64,000 nucleotides of DNA from Candidatus Latescibacterota bacterium (GTDB taxonomy: Bacteria > Latescibacterota > UBA2968 > UBA8231). Positions 8,948-19,853 of this stretch are shown in pieces. Both the position numbers and the translations under genes were made by a program. The stretch is taken from contig OZ244561.1 in the NCBI GenBank assembly GCA_965217585.1, positions 3,392,001 through 3,456,000 of the forward strand, given 5' to 3'. The number at the start of each line of letters is the position of its first letter. The stretch's first letter is position 1. The notes beneath the pieces are model-generated. The model was given only the letters and a program-made list of their open reading frames with translations, ran no database searches and was not told the origin of the DNA.

Positions 8948-10948
8948 TTGAGGAAGCAATACAATCCCAGAGGAGCACACGCCTTGCGAGCACCCAGATG
9001 GCGACCCCTAGCCAGCGCCGCGCTGCTGGCCGTGATCTTTTGGAGCAACGCCGATGCCGAGTTGCGGACATGGGGGATCAACGAGGGCGATCGGAGTTGG
9101 CAATCGGCGTCGCGGGCCACTACGGCCATTGATTTCAGCGTACCTGGCGCGATCCAGATAGCCGGATTCGAGCCGACGGACAACATCATCCAAGCCCTCA
9201 CGTGGGTTTCGGCCTTCCCCATAGAAGGGTACATCCCCGAGCGCCCTCAAGCCCATATCTGGAATAACTACCCGCTCAAGGAATCGGATATTCCCCTCGT
9301 GGATGGCGACCCTAACACCTCCACCGGGGACCGCTTCAAACGCTTTGGCTCCAATCAAGCGGGTCGACGTTTTTCCCTCGATTTAGGGAGCCGCTTCCCA
9401 GTCAACCGCATCATTTTTTTTCCGCGTCTCACCGGCGTTGACGACGAGGGCATTCCCTATTGGGAGGATTACGTCCGGGGCTACGAGCTATACGTCAACA
9501 ACGGCCTCGAATTCGGCGAAGACAACCAGCCCATCTACCAGCTTATGAAGCGGGTGGAATTCTCCCGCGACAGCATCGCCGTAGTCGAATTCCCCAACCA
9601 ATTCATCCGCTATGTCGGGCTGCGGGTGCTGTCGAAAAACCCCTTTGAGATCGCCGAGATCGAAATCTACGGCTCGGGTTTCGTGCCCAAGGGGGAGTAC
9701 CTGTCCAAGGTCATCGACCTCGGCGAACCCACCAACTTCGGCATCCTGAACTGGAGCGCGGTCTCGCTGCGGGTTGATGCAGCCACTGGTGACTTAGTTG
9801 AGACGCCCCAAGCAGATGTTTCCCTCAGTTTTCAGATGCGCTCGGGACTGGACGATTCGCCAGAGGTCTATTACGAGATTACCAACAAGTTCCTCAACGA
9901 GCTAACCGTAGTTACCGAGGACGCCTATAAGTCCCTGACCGCTGATGTCAAAGGCGGCATTGAGGCCGATCAAGTAAACTGGAGCACTTGGTCGGAGCCG
10001 TTCACCGTTTCGGGTCAGGCAGTCATGCTGCCTAGTCCGCGACGATTCGTCCAGTTCCGCGTCATCATGGAAAGCGGCCGGATCTCAGATGGCCTGCGCG
10101 TTGGCGACCTGACCTTGGAAATTGCCTCCCCCCCCTTGGCGCGGAGGTTGTTCGGCGAAATTTCCCTGCTGGCCGACCCCGCGCCCCAAGACGGTTTTGC
10201 CATGGTGCCCGTGGGTGTGCCCTCCCGATTTGCGTACGACCTGTTGGCCGATGTCCGCGACGCGGATGTGGGGATTGACGCGCTGCGGATTACCACGCCA
10301 ACGCGCCCGACCTTTGTCGAGCTTTTGATGGGTGCCGACGAGAGCAACCTGACTCCGGTCGTCCCCAGTGCCGTCGAAGAGGGGTCTGACGGCCTGACCT
10401 TGTATTTCCCGGAAAATCGGATCGCCGCCCCGACCTCGCTGCGGGTGATTTTCGACGCCGAGTTGCTCGTACAGTCCACGTTTTTCAATGCCCAAGCCCT
10501 AGACACCGAGAGCGAGGAATTGCCCCAGCCGGTCTTGCCTCCGCCCCGTCCTTTACGCCCCATTGACGATCCCAACTCGCAGGTTACGACCAATAAGCTG
10601 CAAGTCCTCACGTCGCCCGATTCGCGGAACGATGTGCTGCGCATCGCGGCATTTGGCACCCGGGTGATAACCCCCAACGGCGATGGAGTAAACGATCAAA
10701 TCGCCATTCAATACAGCCTGCTACAGCTCCTCGAAGACGCCCCCAACACGCTGGAGATTTTCGACTTAGCGGGCCGACGCGTGTACGCCTTCCGCGAGGA
10801 TCGGGGCCGAGGCCCACATACCGCCACTTGGGATGGCCGCGACGCGGATGGCCGCTTGGTTCCCGTGGGGCTGTATCTGCTCAGGGTCGCAGTCGAAGGA
10901 GCCGTGGAATCCTTCGCCGAGACCCGCACCATAGGGGTTGTGTACTAA
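8948..10948 (+). CDS. Secreted discoidin(F5/8)-like protein with C-terminal FlgD-Ig/CHU_C-type domain (paralog A)
   Basis: Signal peptide; LVDGDPNT..LDLG..FPVNRI...EIAEIEIYG; C-terminal ITPNGDGVND..IFDLAGRRV..WDGRD..G.LVPVGLY. Start position uncertain. Confidence 0.8.
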   Translation: MRKQYNPRGAHALRAPRWRPLASAALLAVIFWSNADAELRTWGINEGDRSWQSASRATTAIDFSVPGAIQIAGFEPTDNIIQALTWVSAFPIEGYIPERPQAHIWNNYPLKESDIPLVDGDPNTSTGDRFKRFGSNQAGRRFSLDLGSRFPVNRIIFFPRLTGVDDEGIPYWEDYVRGYELYVNNGLEFGEDNQPIYQLMKRVEFSRDSIAVVEFPNQFIRYVGLRVLSKNPFEIAEIEIYGSGFVPKGEYLSKVIDLGEPTNFGILNWSAVSLRVDAATGDLVETPQADVSLSFQMRSGLDDSPEVYYEITNKFLNELTVVTEDAYKSLTADVKGGIEADQVNWSTWSEPFTVSGQAVMLPSPRRFVQFRVIMESGRISDGLRVGDLTLEIASPPLARRLFGEISLLADPAPQDGFAMVPVGVPSRFAYDLLADVRDADVGIDALRITTPTRPTFVELLMGADESNLTPVVPSAVEEGSDGLTLYFPENRIAAPTSLRVIFDAELLVQSTFFNAQALDTESEELPQPVLPPPRPLRPIDDPNSQVTTNKLQVLTSPDSRNDVLRIAAFGTRVITPNGDGVNDQIAIQYSLLQLLEDAPNTLEIFDLAGRRVYAFREDRGRGPHTATWDGRDADGRLVPVGLYLLRVAVEGAVESFAETRTIGVVY

Positions 10949-13050
10949 TGTTGCGGCGAATCGCACTGTTGGCCGCCCTCTGGGCTTGGCAGACGCAGCC
11001 AGCGTGGGCGCAGGAGCTGTGGAAGCTAGGGGGGCAAGGCGGCCGTTCCTGGGCCGAGACCGCCGACCTCAACGTGATGGGCGACGCAACTAGCGTGCCC
11101 GGCGCGCTGCAGCCGTGGGAGCTGCGGCCCGACGTCAGCTTCCTCCCGCTAGTGTCTCAGCGCTTTACTTGGGATCGCTGGCAGTTTCCGCTCAATCCGT
11201 TCTGGACGGAGGGTATTCCTCGGCTCTGGCGGGGGCCTGGCAACCAGCAGTTCGCCCAGCAGTTCCAGCCCATCGCCGCGTACGTTGACGGCAATTATCA
11301 GACCTTCAATTGGAACACCAACTTCGGCCCCGGCGGCAACAAGACCAATAGCGAATTTTACACGATTGACCCAGGTGCTCCCGTGCCGCTAGAGCGCTTT
11401 GAGATCCACCTGCCGCCCGAATTCGAGCCCGCAACCGGCGTGGCCAACCCAGACTGCTGCGATCAGTTTGGCAAGCCCTGGACCCACTACATCCCCCATC
11501 AAGGCGAGTTGACGGGCAGCCTCATTGAGACCACGGATATGCTGCTCGAAGGCCGCGGCGAAAACCGCTACGGCGAGTCCTATAAGCCCCTGCCGATCCC
11601 TTTAGGCAGCGTGGAGCAGCACTTAGTCGCCCCCATCATCATCGACTTTCCGCTGCAATACCTGCGCTTCGTGCGTTGGCGCACCTTCCCGGACAACCCG
11701 GATGCTCCCGGGGTGAAGATCAACTTTGCCCTCGCGTATGGCGAGTTCGAGCTGTACGGCCGCGGCTTCGCTGGCCAGACTCGCTACGTAAGCCACATCC
11801 AAGACTTGGGGCAGCCGGCGACGCTAGGGAGGGTGTTCATGGCGGTCAGCAAGTGGCGGCGACAAGGCGCTGGGTGGAGCGAAACCGCAGACGGCGAGCG
11901 CCGCTGGCAAGTAGGCGAATTGGTCGAAGCACCGGACGCCGAGGTGGACGTCGTCTTCCGCCTCAAGAACGGCACGGACGCCGATCCCCTGATGTATTTC
12001 ACTTGGAATGACCAAGGCGAATTTCACGAGGTCGAGCGGACTGCGTGGGACGGACTCAAGTCGCGGGCCAACGACAGCGACCCGAACTTCGTCGGCTGGC
12101 GGGGGCCTGTCACCGAGGATCGAGAAGAGTGGGCACCTTGGTCTGGCCCGGTGAATCAATCCGGCACGCGCCTCGACCTGCCCAGCCGTCGGTTCTTCCG
12201 GCTAGAGCTGCAAATGACGACTGCCAGCCCGGTAGAAATGGCGCGGGTGGATTCGCTGTCCATTGAATTATTTCCCTTGCTAGTTCCCACCTTGGTGGGC
12301 GAGGTCGGCCTGCCCGGCGACTCCCTCGCAATACTGGCCCAAGTGCCCATAGGCGAGCCGACCGAGTTCGCATACGCCATCCGCGCCGGCTTTGGCGGCG
12401 AGACAGTAGCTGGCTTCGACGCCTTGCACATCGCCACGCCGGCCGAGCCAGAGTTCCTATATCTAAGGGATGCTGCCGACGAGGCCGTCCAGCCCGATTC
12501 CTCGTGGAGCGATGCCGAGGGCTTGACCTTGTATCTGCCAGAGCCGATCCGCGCCGACGAGACCCTGCGAATCGGCTTCAAGACCGCGGTCTATACGGTC
12601 TCGGCCCAGTTGCGCGGCGAGGTCTTCAACCGCGCCAATAGCGTCTTGCGCCAGCAGGTTGAAGAAGGCGATGCAGTCGCCGCGATCGGCACCCAACAGC
12701 TACAAGTGGTTGCAGCGGGGGGCGCCGTCGAGCAGGTCGTCGGCGGGCTGGAAATAGTGCCCCGCACGTTCACGCCCAACGGAGACGGCCACAACGACCT
12801 GCTGGAAATTAAGTACACCTTGTTCGGGGTTTTGGACGCGGCCGTGGAGATCACGTTTTTCACGCTCGCGGGCGAACCCGTAGATCGCATTATCGCCGAG
12901 CACCAAGGCGGTGGTGTCCACACCGCATTGTGGGCTGGTCGCAACGCGGCCGGCCGCCCATTTAGACCAGGGTTGTACTTGTGCCAAGTGCAGGCCCAGA
13001 CCGGCCGGGGGCGCTTTGAACGCACCCAGTCGGTGGCTTTGGTCTATTAA
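10948..13050 (+). CDS. Secreted protein with FlgD-Ig/CHU_C-type CTD (paralog B)
   Basis: ATG overlaps the upstream TAA. Signal peptide AWA|Q. C-terminal FTPNGDGHND..WAGRN..G...PGLY; ends in ALVY. Confidence 0.8.
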   Translation: MLRRIALLAALWAWQTQPAWAQELWKLGGQGGRSWAETADLNVMGDATSVPGALQPWELRPDVSFLPLVSQRFTWDRWQFPLNPFWTEGIPRLWRGPGNQQFAQQFQPIAAYVDGNYQTFNWNTNFGPGGNKTNSEFYTIDPGAPVPLERFEIHLPPEFEPATGVANPDCCDQFGKPWTHYIPHQGELTGSLIETTDMLLEGRGENRYGESYKPLPIPLGSVEQHLVAPIIIDFPLQYLRFVRWRTFPDNPDAPGVKINFALAYGEFELYGRGFAGQTRYVSHIQDLGQPATLGRVFMAVSKWRRQGAGWSETADGERRWQVGELVEAPDAEVDVVFRLKNGTDADPLMYFTWNDQGEFHEVERTAWDGLKSRANDSDPNFVGWRGPVTEDREEWAPWSGPVNQSGTRLDLPSRRFFRLELQMTTASPVEMARVDSLSIELFPLLVPTLVGEVGLPGDSLAILAQVPIGEPTEFAYAIRAGFGGETVAGFDALHIATPAEPEFLYLRDAADEAVQPDSSWSDAEGLTLYLPEPIRADETLRIGFKTAVYTVSAQLRGEVFNRANSVLRQQVEEGDAVAAIGTQQLQVVAAGGAVEQVVGGLEIVPRTFTPNGDGHNDLLEIKYTLFGVLDAAVEITFFTLAGEPVDRIIAEHQGGGVHTALWAGRNAAGRPFRPGLYLCQVQAQTGRGRFERTQSVALVY

Positions 13051-13153
13051 ATTCACCGCACCGCTTCACCCTGCCTGTCCTGCCGACGTCACCGCGCCTT
13101 TAGGCGTGACAAGGCAGGGTAAGCAGGCAGGACAAGCGAGACAACGAGCAAGC

Positions 13154-15478
13154 ATGAACCGGATCGCCGTGTTTCCTCTGCTGATGGCTCTGCTGGCGGG
13201 TAGTGCCGCTTGGGGCCAGCACCAAGCCTATCGCCTAGATCGTCAGGCTCAATGGGAGGAATGGACCTTCCCCCCAGGTCTCCTCCAATTCGACCCGGAC
13301 GGTGCCTTCACGCTTGTCGCGTTCCCAGATACGGTCAATGCCGCACTGGATTCTCCCGAGTACACGCATTCAGGAGCGGGCAACAAAGAAATCCAAGGCG
13401 GCGTGTGGCGGGCAGGCTCTACGGCCCGCGCGGCCGGGATCGCCGCTGGCAACATCATTGACGGCGACTACCAAACCCTGTGGAAACCCGACCCGGACGC
13501 CCCGCTTGAGGACTGGTGGATTGAGGTCGATCTAGGGCGCGTGGTGCCGCTAACTAAGATCCGGCTCGTTTTCCCCGACGAGGAGGGCGCGCGGCCCCTG
13601 CGCGACTTCCGGGTCTTTGGGACGCGGGGCTACCGCGAAGCCATTAGCCAGGATCTGTTTGCGTACAGCGTGTTGGGCGGGACCACCCGCTACAACGACC
13701 AGACGGTCGTGGAATACGAACTCAGCCCTTGGCGGGAATTGACCACGCGCATCTTGTACACGGGCTTGGAAAGCGCCACGGATGTAGCGCCCTCGCCTTT
13801 CCAGCCCGTGCAGTACATCCGCATCCGGGCCGATTCCAAGAGCGAGGACGCCGCCCTCGCCGAGGTAGAAGCCCACACCTTCGGCGAGAACGTGGCCTTA
13901 CAGGCCATCCGGCGGGGTGGCCAAGTGGAGGAACAGTCCGGCCGCGGTGTGGTGTTGATAGACGGCGATCAAAACACGAGTTGGGCACAATCCGTCACTG
14001 GGGGCCGCGATGTAATCTGGATGCTGGACCTCGGCGCGCGCTATTGGGTCAAGAACATCCTCATGCTGGGGGCGGAAAAGCGCGGCTATGCGGTCGGCGA
14101 CATGGTTGAGGATCACCTGCTGCTAGGCTCGGCCGAAGAGAGCAAGCTGGAGGTCGGCGACATAGATTTTGCCGTGATCCACGAGTTTCTCACGCCCCTC
14201 GGCGGGGGCCGCTACGATCTCCAGTACTTCCTGCCCACGCCGCGCGCCTTCCGCTATTTGGCCGGGGTTTACAAAAACCGCAACGGGGATATGTCTGAGA
14301 TCATGGTCGTTCCCACCGGACACGTGGCTGGGGTGGCCTTAGAATCCGGCTTCATTGACCTCGGGGAATTCACTGGAGACAGGCGCTCCAAGCAGATCTT
14401 GGGGATCCACTGGGATGCCGATCAACCCGAAGGCACTCGCGTATTGGTGCGGAGCCGCACCGGCCACCGGCTAACCGATAAAATTGCTTACTACAAAAAG
14501 GACGGGACCCTGCTGCCCGACAAAGCAGCCTACGAGAGCACGAACAAATTCCTGCGCGGCGAGACCGACACCAGCATTGTCGCCGGCCCCGACTGGAGTG
14601 CTTGGAGCACGGAGTACCTCGAACCGGGCATTTTCCTCTCGTCGAGTCCGCGGCGACTGTTGCAACTCCAACTCCTGCTCACTTCGGATCGCCCCGAAGC
14701 GGCCCCGACCGTGAGGCACCTCGAAGTGCGATTCACCGACGCCTTAATAAGGGGCATTGAAGGCCGCATCGCGCCCCAATCAGCTACCCCGGGTGTGCCC
14801 ACAACCTTTACCTACGAGCTGTGGGGCGACTTCACAGAGGGCGGCGGCTTTGACCAGCTCCTCTTTGCAACCCCGTCCCGAATCGATCCCGACAGCCTCC
14901 AAGTGTGGGTGGGTGGCGTCGCACTGCCCGCAGTGGAGTGGGAGCAGGCCGCGGCCGACTCCCTGTTGATTCAGCTACCGCAGGTCGTGGAGCAAGCCGC
15001 GGATACCGTGCGGGTGCAGTTGCGCGTGCAGATAGAGCAAAACCCCACGCTGTTCCGAACCTTTGTGGCCCGCACCGAGGTGCCCGATCTGTGGCAGGAG
15101 GTGCTGCCCACTAACAGCGTGCCACGCGCGACCCAAGTTTTCTTCCCAGACGTCCCCCAGCCCGACCGCTTGCTTGCCAATCTCTCGGTTGCGCCTCGCA
15201 TTGCCACTCCCAACGGAGACGGGATTGGCGACCAAGTCCAGATACGCTTTTTGGTCCTGAATGTGGAGGTCGAGCCAGAGGTGTGGATCTATTCGTTGGA
15301 TGGACGGCGCGTCCGCCGCCTCGACGGGGGCCGCGCAGCCGCGGGCTACTCGTACACTTGGTCGGGCCGCGACGAGGCGAACCGCCTGAGTCCACCCGGC
15401 CTCTACGTGTGCCACATTCGCCTTAAAACTCAACTCGGGGAACAACAAATCAGCCGGACTATTGGCCTCGCGTACTAA
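13154..15478 (+). CDS. Secreted protein with two discoidin-like units and FlgD-Ig/CHU_C-type CTD (paralog C)
   Basis: MNRIAV signal peptide; IIDGDYQTLW..WWIEVDLG and LIDGDQNTSW..LDLG; ATPNGDGIGD..WSGRDE..PGLY; ends in GLAY. Confidence 0.8.
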   Translation: MNRIAVFPLLMALLAGSAAWGQHQAYRLDRQAQWEEWTFPPGLLQFDPDGAFTLVAFPDTVNAALDSPEYTHSGAGNKEIQGGVWRAGSTARAAGIAAGNIIDGDYQTLWKPDPDAPLEDWWIEVDLGRVVPLTKIRLVFPDEEGARPLRDFRVFGTRGYREAISQDLFAYSVLGGTTRYNDQTVVEYELSPWRELTTRILYTGLESATDVAPSPFQPVQYIRIRADSKSEDAALAEVEAHTFGENVALQAIRRGGQVEEQSGRGVVLIDGDQNTSWAQSVTGGRDVIWMLDLGARYWVKNILMLGAEKRGYAVGDMVEDHLLLGSAEESKLEVGDIDFAVIHEFLTPLGGGRYDLQYFLPTPRAFRYLAGVYKNRNGDMSEIMVVPTGHVAGVALESGFIDLGEFTGDRRSKQILGIHWDADQPEGTRVLVRSRTGHRLTDKIAYYKKDGTLLPDKAAYESTNKFLRGETDTSIVAGPDWSAWSTEYLEPGIFLSSSPRRLLQLQLLLTSDRPEAAPTVRHLEVRFTDALIRGIEGRIAPQSATPGVPTTFTYELWGDFTEGGGFDQLLFATPSRIDPDSLQVWVGGVALPAVEWEQAAADSLLIQLPQVVEQAADTVRVQLRVQIEQNPTLFRTFVARTEVPDLWQEVLPTNSVPRATQVFFPDVPQPDRLLANLSVAPRIATPNGDGIGDQVQIRFLVLNVEVEPEVWIYSLDGRRVRRLDGGRAAAGYSYTWSGRDEANRLSPPGLYVCHIRLKTQLGEQQISRTIGLAY

Positions 15479-15500
15479 GTTCCAGACCTCAGGAGGCACT

Positions 15501-18173
15501 ATGTACAACAAGAGATGGGATGCACTCATCTTGTTGAGCGCGATTTTAGGCGTTTCCTCTGTGGTAGCCCAGCCGCCCAAAGCCTTCAGGGAAATATCCG
15601 AACCCGGGGTGTATGGCACTCGCATCCAACCGGGCGCGCTGGCCCCCACGCTGAGGAAGTGGTACCTACCTCAGCAGCTTTACTACGAGTACCGCTGGCG
15701 CGGCTGGGAGTACAGCAACTACGCCCGCGAACACTACCAGCGCTACGTGAGCATTCTGCTCGAAGGCACGCGCCAATACGATCCCTTGGGCAACTACATC
15801 GCCCGCGGGTGGCGGATATACGATTGGACCGAGAATAACCCCCAGTCCTTTGGTAGCGAGATATTCAAAAGCCCGCGCTTTGGCCGCTTTTTCAGCAGCT
15901 TGGTCATCTCCTCGGCCAGCAAGGGCCAGTTTCACTCGACGCTCACGGTGGGCGACGCCATCCGCACCACCCTGACGCCCCTGACGTTTTCCAAGCCCTC
16001 TTTTAACGGTTTGCAATGGGACTTCCTGTCCGACAAGTACGCGGCGACCTTGATCGCGTCGCGGGTTAGCTCGCCTGGCTTTGGCGCGATAACCCAGAGT
16101 TCCACCGGCAATACAGCCGTGAGTTCCACGCGGCTGTTGGGGGGGAGAGGACTGGCGCAGGTGGGGGACTTCGGCGAGATCGGCTTTACTTGGGTGAATG
16201 CCCATAACGCGGACAGCGAGTTCAACCTGGGCCAGAATTCGCTCAAAGGCGTGCTGACGCGGCCGCAGAACTTGGGCAACGTGGAAGAGGTCATCATCCG
16301 CATCTCCGACGATTCGCCCGAGTCTCCGGCCGAAGGGGCGGTTATCTTCTTGGAGCGAATCCTGATTGACGGCCAAGTGCAAGAGGGCATCGTGCCGCTG
16401 GTGGAAGGAGGCATACGGGAAGACGGGGTGCTCAAGGCCAAGGGCACAGACGCCATCCTGCTGACCTACGACATCCGCAATGACTTTCAGCCCACCGAAG
16501 CGACCCCCAGCTTCAAGGACGTCGAGAAGATGGAATTTGAGCTGATCATGGCCAACGACTACCGGGTGGAAATCAGCTCCAACAAACAGCTCGACCGGCT
16601 CGGCAACGAGGTCTTTCTACCGGTCTTTCAGGCTGAGCACAACATCACGGACGGGTCGAATCAGCGCTTTCTCCGCTTCGAGTACGGCCTACCCACAGCT
16701 ACGGAACTGATCGGCCTCGACTTCAATATCAAAAACTTCAAGGGCTTTGACCTGAGAACCGAGTACGTGGTCAATCGGCGCTTTCAGCGATTCCCCAACC
16801 AGAACTTCCAGCGCATAATAGATGGCAGATTCCGCAAGCTACCTCCCACGCGGGAAACTGCCCAAGCCTTTTACCTGACTTCGTCCTATTCGCGGTATCC
16901 GTTCTTTGCCTACGGCGAGTCGTTCTATTTGGATCCCGACTACAGCACTACGGCCTTTATGTCCGACGCCGGCGGCAACATCGACTACGGCAATGCCACC
17001 CGGCATTTGTTTGAGTTCGTCGATGACAACGACGACCAAGACATAAACCCGGATTGGATGCGCCAATCTCAAGGCGTCACCGTAACGCTGACCGAGGAAC
17101 TGGGCACTGGCTCTGGAGGGGATCGCCAGGTCTTTCCCGGTCTCGACGAAAACAACGATTTCATTTCGGACTTCAACCAGAACCAAAACAACAAACCCGA
17201 CTACGCCGAACCCTTCCTGCGCTACGCGGTTGATACGCCCGAGTTTCTCTTCGGCATGGACATGAACAACAACACCATCATCGACCGCTACGAAGACGAC
17301 TTGGTGGCCGACTTGCCGTATGAGCGCGACCGCACTGGGTACAACGCATACGCCGGCTTGGCCCTCAGCGAGGACATCAACTTGGTCTTGGGCCAACTGC
17401 GCCAGCGCCAGATCAGCAGCGGCAACCGCAACCACACCAGCTACGGGCTGTTGACCGCTGAGTGGGATTTCCCCGGCCTGCAAATCGCCGTTTTTGAACA
17501 GGCCCGCCGCACCCAAGACACCATCCGCGAAGATCGGCTTATATGGAAGGACCCCGAGGGCCAGCTACCTTTCAACGACCCGCTCGATGCCCAAGACACG
17601 TTCATCAACAGCTTCTACACACACGCCAAGTACACGCCGCTGCCCAACCTCCACGTGACGTCCAAGCTGAAGTTTGAAAAGTTTTTCCAGCAAGGCAAAG
17701 AGGCCGAGCGCAAGCGCGACCGCTCCTTTTTCGGCTTGATCAACAAGGCCGATTACGAACTCAAGCCCTTTGCCACCCTGACCCTGTGGCCCAAGTTCAA
17801 GAGCATCTACCGGCGTCAGCTTCCCTCCATCCGAGCCGTGCCCAAGGAACTGAGCATTTCCCGCGACCGCGAGGAGATCCTCTTTTTGGTCACCCGCTAC
17901 AACTTTCTACCGCAGACTTGGGTCGATATTGGGCTGGAGTTCAGCAATTTCGACAACCTGAAGGAGCAGCAGAACTTGCGCTCGGGCGAGGAGGACGACT
18001 TCAACAGCTTCGTCTTTGCCTTTGTATTTTCCAATACCTCGGCGTACATAGGCTACAAACTCACCCTGAACGCCGGGTTTCAACGCGAACAAAAAAACTT
18101 CGACAAAGGCGACCTCAACATAACGGAGACCGTGGCCTTTGTCCGCCTATTTGCCGCTACCGGAGACCTCTAA
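15501..18173 (+). CDS. Large secreted, probably outer-membrane beta-rich protein with Ca-binding-like loops
   Basis: RBS AGGAGG and signal peptide. Many amphipathic beta-like segments. DDNDDQD, DENNDFISD, NQNQNNKPD and DMNNNTIID loops. Confidence 0.65.
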   Translation: MYNKRWDALILLSAILGVSSVVAQPPKAFREISEPGVYGTRIQPGALAPTLRKWYLPQQLYYEYRWRGWEYSNYAREHYQRYVSILLEGTRQYDPLGNYIARGWRIYDWTENNPQSFGSEIFKSPRFGRFFSSLVISSASKGQFHSTLTVGDAIRTTLTPLTFSKPSFNGLQWDFLSDKYAATLIASRVSSPGFGAITQSSTGNTAVSSTRLLGGRGLAQVGDFGEIGFTWVNAHNADSEFNLGQNSLKGVLTRPQNLGNVEEVIIRISDDSPESPAEGAVIFLERILIDGQVQEGIVPLVEGGIREDGVLKAKGTDAILLTYDIRNDFQPTEATPSFKDVEKMEFELIMANDYRVEISSNKQLDRLGNEVFLPVFQAEHNITDGSNQRFLRFEYGLPTATELIGLDFNIKNFKGFDLRTEYVVNRRFQRFPNQNFQRIIDGRFRKLPPTRETAQAFYLTSSYSRYPFFAYGESFYLDPDYSTTAFMSDAGGNIDYGNATRHLFEFVDDNDDQDINPDWMRQSQGVTVTLTEELGTGSGGDRQVFPGLDENNDFISDFNQNQNNKPDYAEPFLRYAVDTPEFLFGMDMNNNTIIDRYEDDLVADLPYERDRTGYNAYAGLALSEDINLVLGQLRQRQISSGNRNHTSYGLLTAEWDFPGLQIAVFEQARRTQDTIREDRLIWKDPEGQLPFNDPLDAQDTFINSFYTHAKYTPLPNLHVTSKLKFEKFFQQGKEAERKRDRSFFGLINKADYELKPFATLTLWPKFKSIYRRQLPSIRAVPKELSISRDREEILFLVTRYNFLPQTWVDIGLEFSNFDNLKEQQNLRSGEEDDFNSFVFAFVFSNTSAYIGYKLTLNAGFQREQKNFDKGDLNITETVAFVRLFAATGDL

Positions 18174-19840
18174 TGCGCAGAAAGATCTCGACCCTCGCTG
18201 CGCTCGCCTTGATTCAGTGCGGCGGTCCTAGCGATGTTGCCGACAATGTGGCCGCCCGAATCGGCGACAAAGAAATTACCCGCGAGGACCTAACCCTTTT
18301 CGCTGCGGAGACCCCGGCCCTGCTGAGATCGGAAGCTACCGGCATGGACGCGGCCAAAGATTATCTCCAGACCCTGATCGACATGGAATTGATGCTCGTG
18401 GCCGCCCGCGCCAAAGGCTTGGATAAGGAGGCGCAATTCACCGCGCAATGGGAGCAGGAGCAGCAAAACAGGATCGTCAAGGATTATATAGAGCGACACG
18501 TACTGCCCGAGAGCCAGCCCTCAGAGCAAGAAGTCCGGGAGCAATTCGCCAAGAGCAAGTGGAGCCGCCTGCTCAAGCTAGCGCACATTCGGGTAGAGAC
18601 TCAACAACAAGCTCAACAAGTCGTCCAAGAACTGGAGCAGGGACGCCCCTTCGCAGCAGTGGCTGCGGAACGCTCGGCGAATCGAACCACGGCGGCCAAC
18701 GGCGGCCTTCTGAGCGAGAACTTTATAGGTCGAGAAAACTTGCGGGACGTGCAGCTCCCGTTGTCCATCGCCCACGTCCTGTACGAGGTGCCGGAGGGCG
18801 AGGTCAGCCAGCCCTTTAAGGTGCGAGGCGCGTACGAGATTTTCAAGGTGCTGGACGAAGCCCCCGCGCCCGACTACTACCTCCAAGTATTCGCCCAGTG
18901 GCTCTTCCGGCAGAATTACGAGCGCACCCAGCAGGAGCGGGTGGCCGAACTCAAGCCCAAGTACAAGGTTGAGGTGGATACGGCCGCCGTCGCGTTTCTC
19001 ATCGCCGAGGGCTCCAAGGGCAGTACCGCCTTGTGGGACATTGCACCTGCAGACCGAGAGCGGATTCTGGGGCGCTATGACCGCGGGCACTTCACCATCG
19101 AGGATTTGATGAATGCGTACTGGAAGGCCCGCTTCCAGTCCCGGCTCGAATTCAGCCGCGAGGGCATCGCCGATTTCATCGATACGCACATCCTGTCGGT
19201 CCAACTGTTTTACCTCGAAGCCCTTGAGGAGGGCTTGGACGAGGACCCGGCGGTCGTGGCTTGGCTGCACAACAAGAGAGAGGCCCTGCTACTCGAAGCG
19301 CTCAAAGAGCGCGAAGTTCAAGCCCTCATCGATACGACCGACGCTTCGGCGCGCCGCTATTACGAGAACAACCTGCACAAGTTCATGGAGCCACGCGCGA
19401 CCGTGATTTTGGAGATTTTGGTGCCCACCCGGGCCGTGGCCGATTCGCTGCTGAAGGAAATCGAGGGCGGAGCGGATATGGAGACGCTCGCCGTGCGCCA
19501 CACCACGCGGCAGTTTGCCAAACAGCAACAAGGGCGGCTCCACCTGCATGCGTACGAACGGACCCTATTCGGCCCACTCCACGACGAGGCCATGGAAAAG
19601 GCCCCCATTGGCGAGTTGCAAGGACCCTTAGCGCTAGAGGAAGGCTTTTCCATCTTCAAGGTCGAGGAGCGCATCCCCGACCGGCCCGAGCCTTTTCCGC
19701 AGACGGTGCGGCGGGCCAAGTACTGGCTGAGAAAGTCCGAGGAGAACAAGTACTTCGAGGAATTGATCGTCAGGCTACGGGAGCAATACGCGGCACAAGT
19801 GGAGGTGTTTGAGGAGCATATCGCGGATCTGGAATTGTGA
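18173..19840 (+). CDS. Parvulin-type peptidyl-prolyl isomerase/chaperone (two PpiC domains, SurA/PrsA-like), probable lipoprotein
   Basis: ATG overlaps the upstream TAA. VAARIGDKEIT, AHIRV..F.AVA.ERS..GG, and EILV..GADMETLA..GF.IFKV motifs. Confidence 0.85.
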   Translation: MRRKISTLAALALIQCGGPSDVADNVAARIGDKEITREDLTLFAAETPALLRSEATGMDAAKDYLQTLIDMELMLVAARAKGLDKEAQFTAQWEQEQQNRIVKDYIERHVLPESQPSEQEVREQFAKSKWSRLLKLAHIRVETQQQAQQVVQELEQGRPFAAVAAERSANRTTAANGGLLSENFIGRENLRDVQLPLSIAHVLYEVPEGEVSQPFKVRGAYEIFKVLDEAPAPDYYLQVFAQWLFRQNYERTQQERVAELKPKYKVEVDTAAVAFLIAEGSKGSTALWDIAPADRERILGRYDRGHFTIEDLMNAYWKARFQSRLEFSREGIADFIDTHILSVQLFYLEALEEGLDEDPAVVAWLHNKREALLLEALKEREVQALIDTTDASARRYYENNLHKFMEPRATVILEILVPTRAVADSLLKEIEGGADMETLAVRHTTRQFAKQQQGRLHLHAYERTLFGPLHDEAMEKAPIGELQGPLALEEGFSIFKVEERIPDRPEPFPQTVRRAKYWLRKSEENKYFEELIVRLREQYAAQVEVFEEHIADLEL

Positions 19841-19853
19841 TAGGAGCAGCGTT

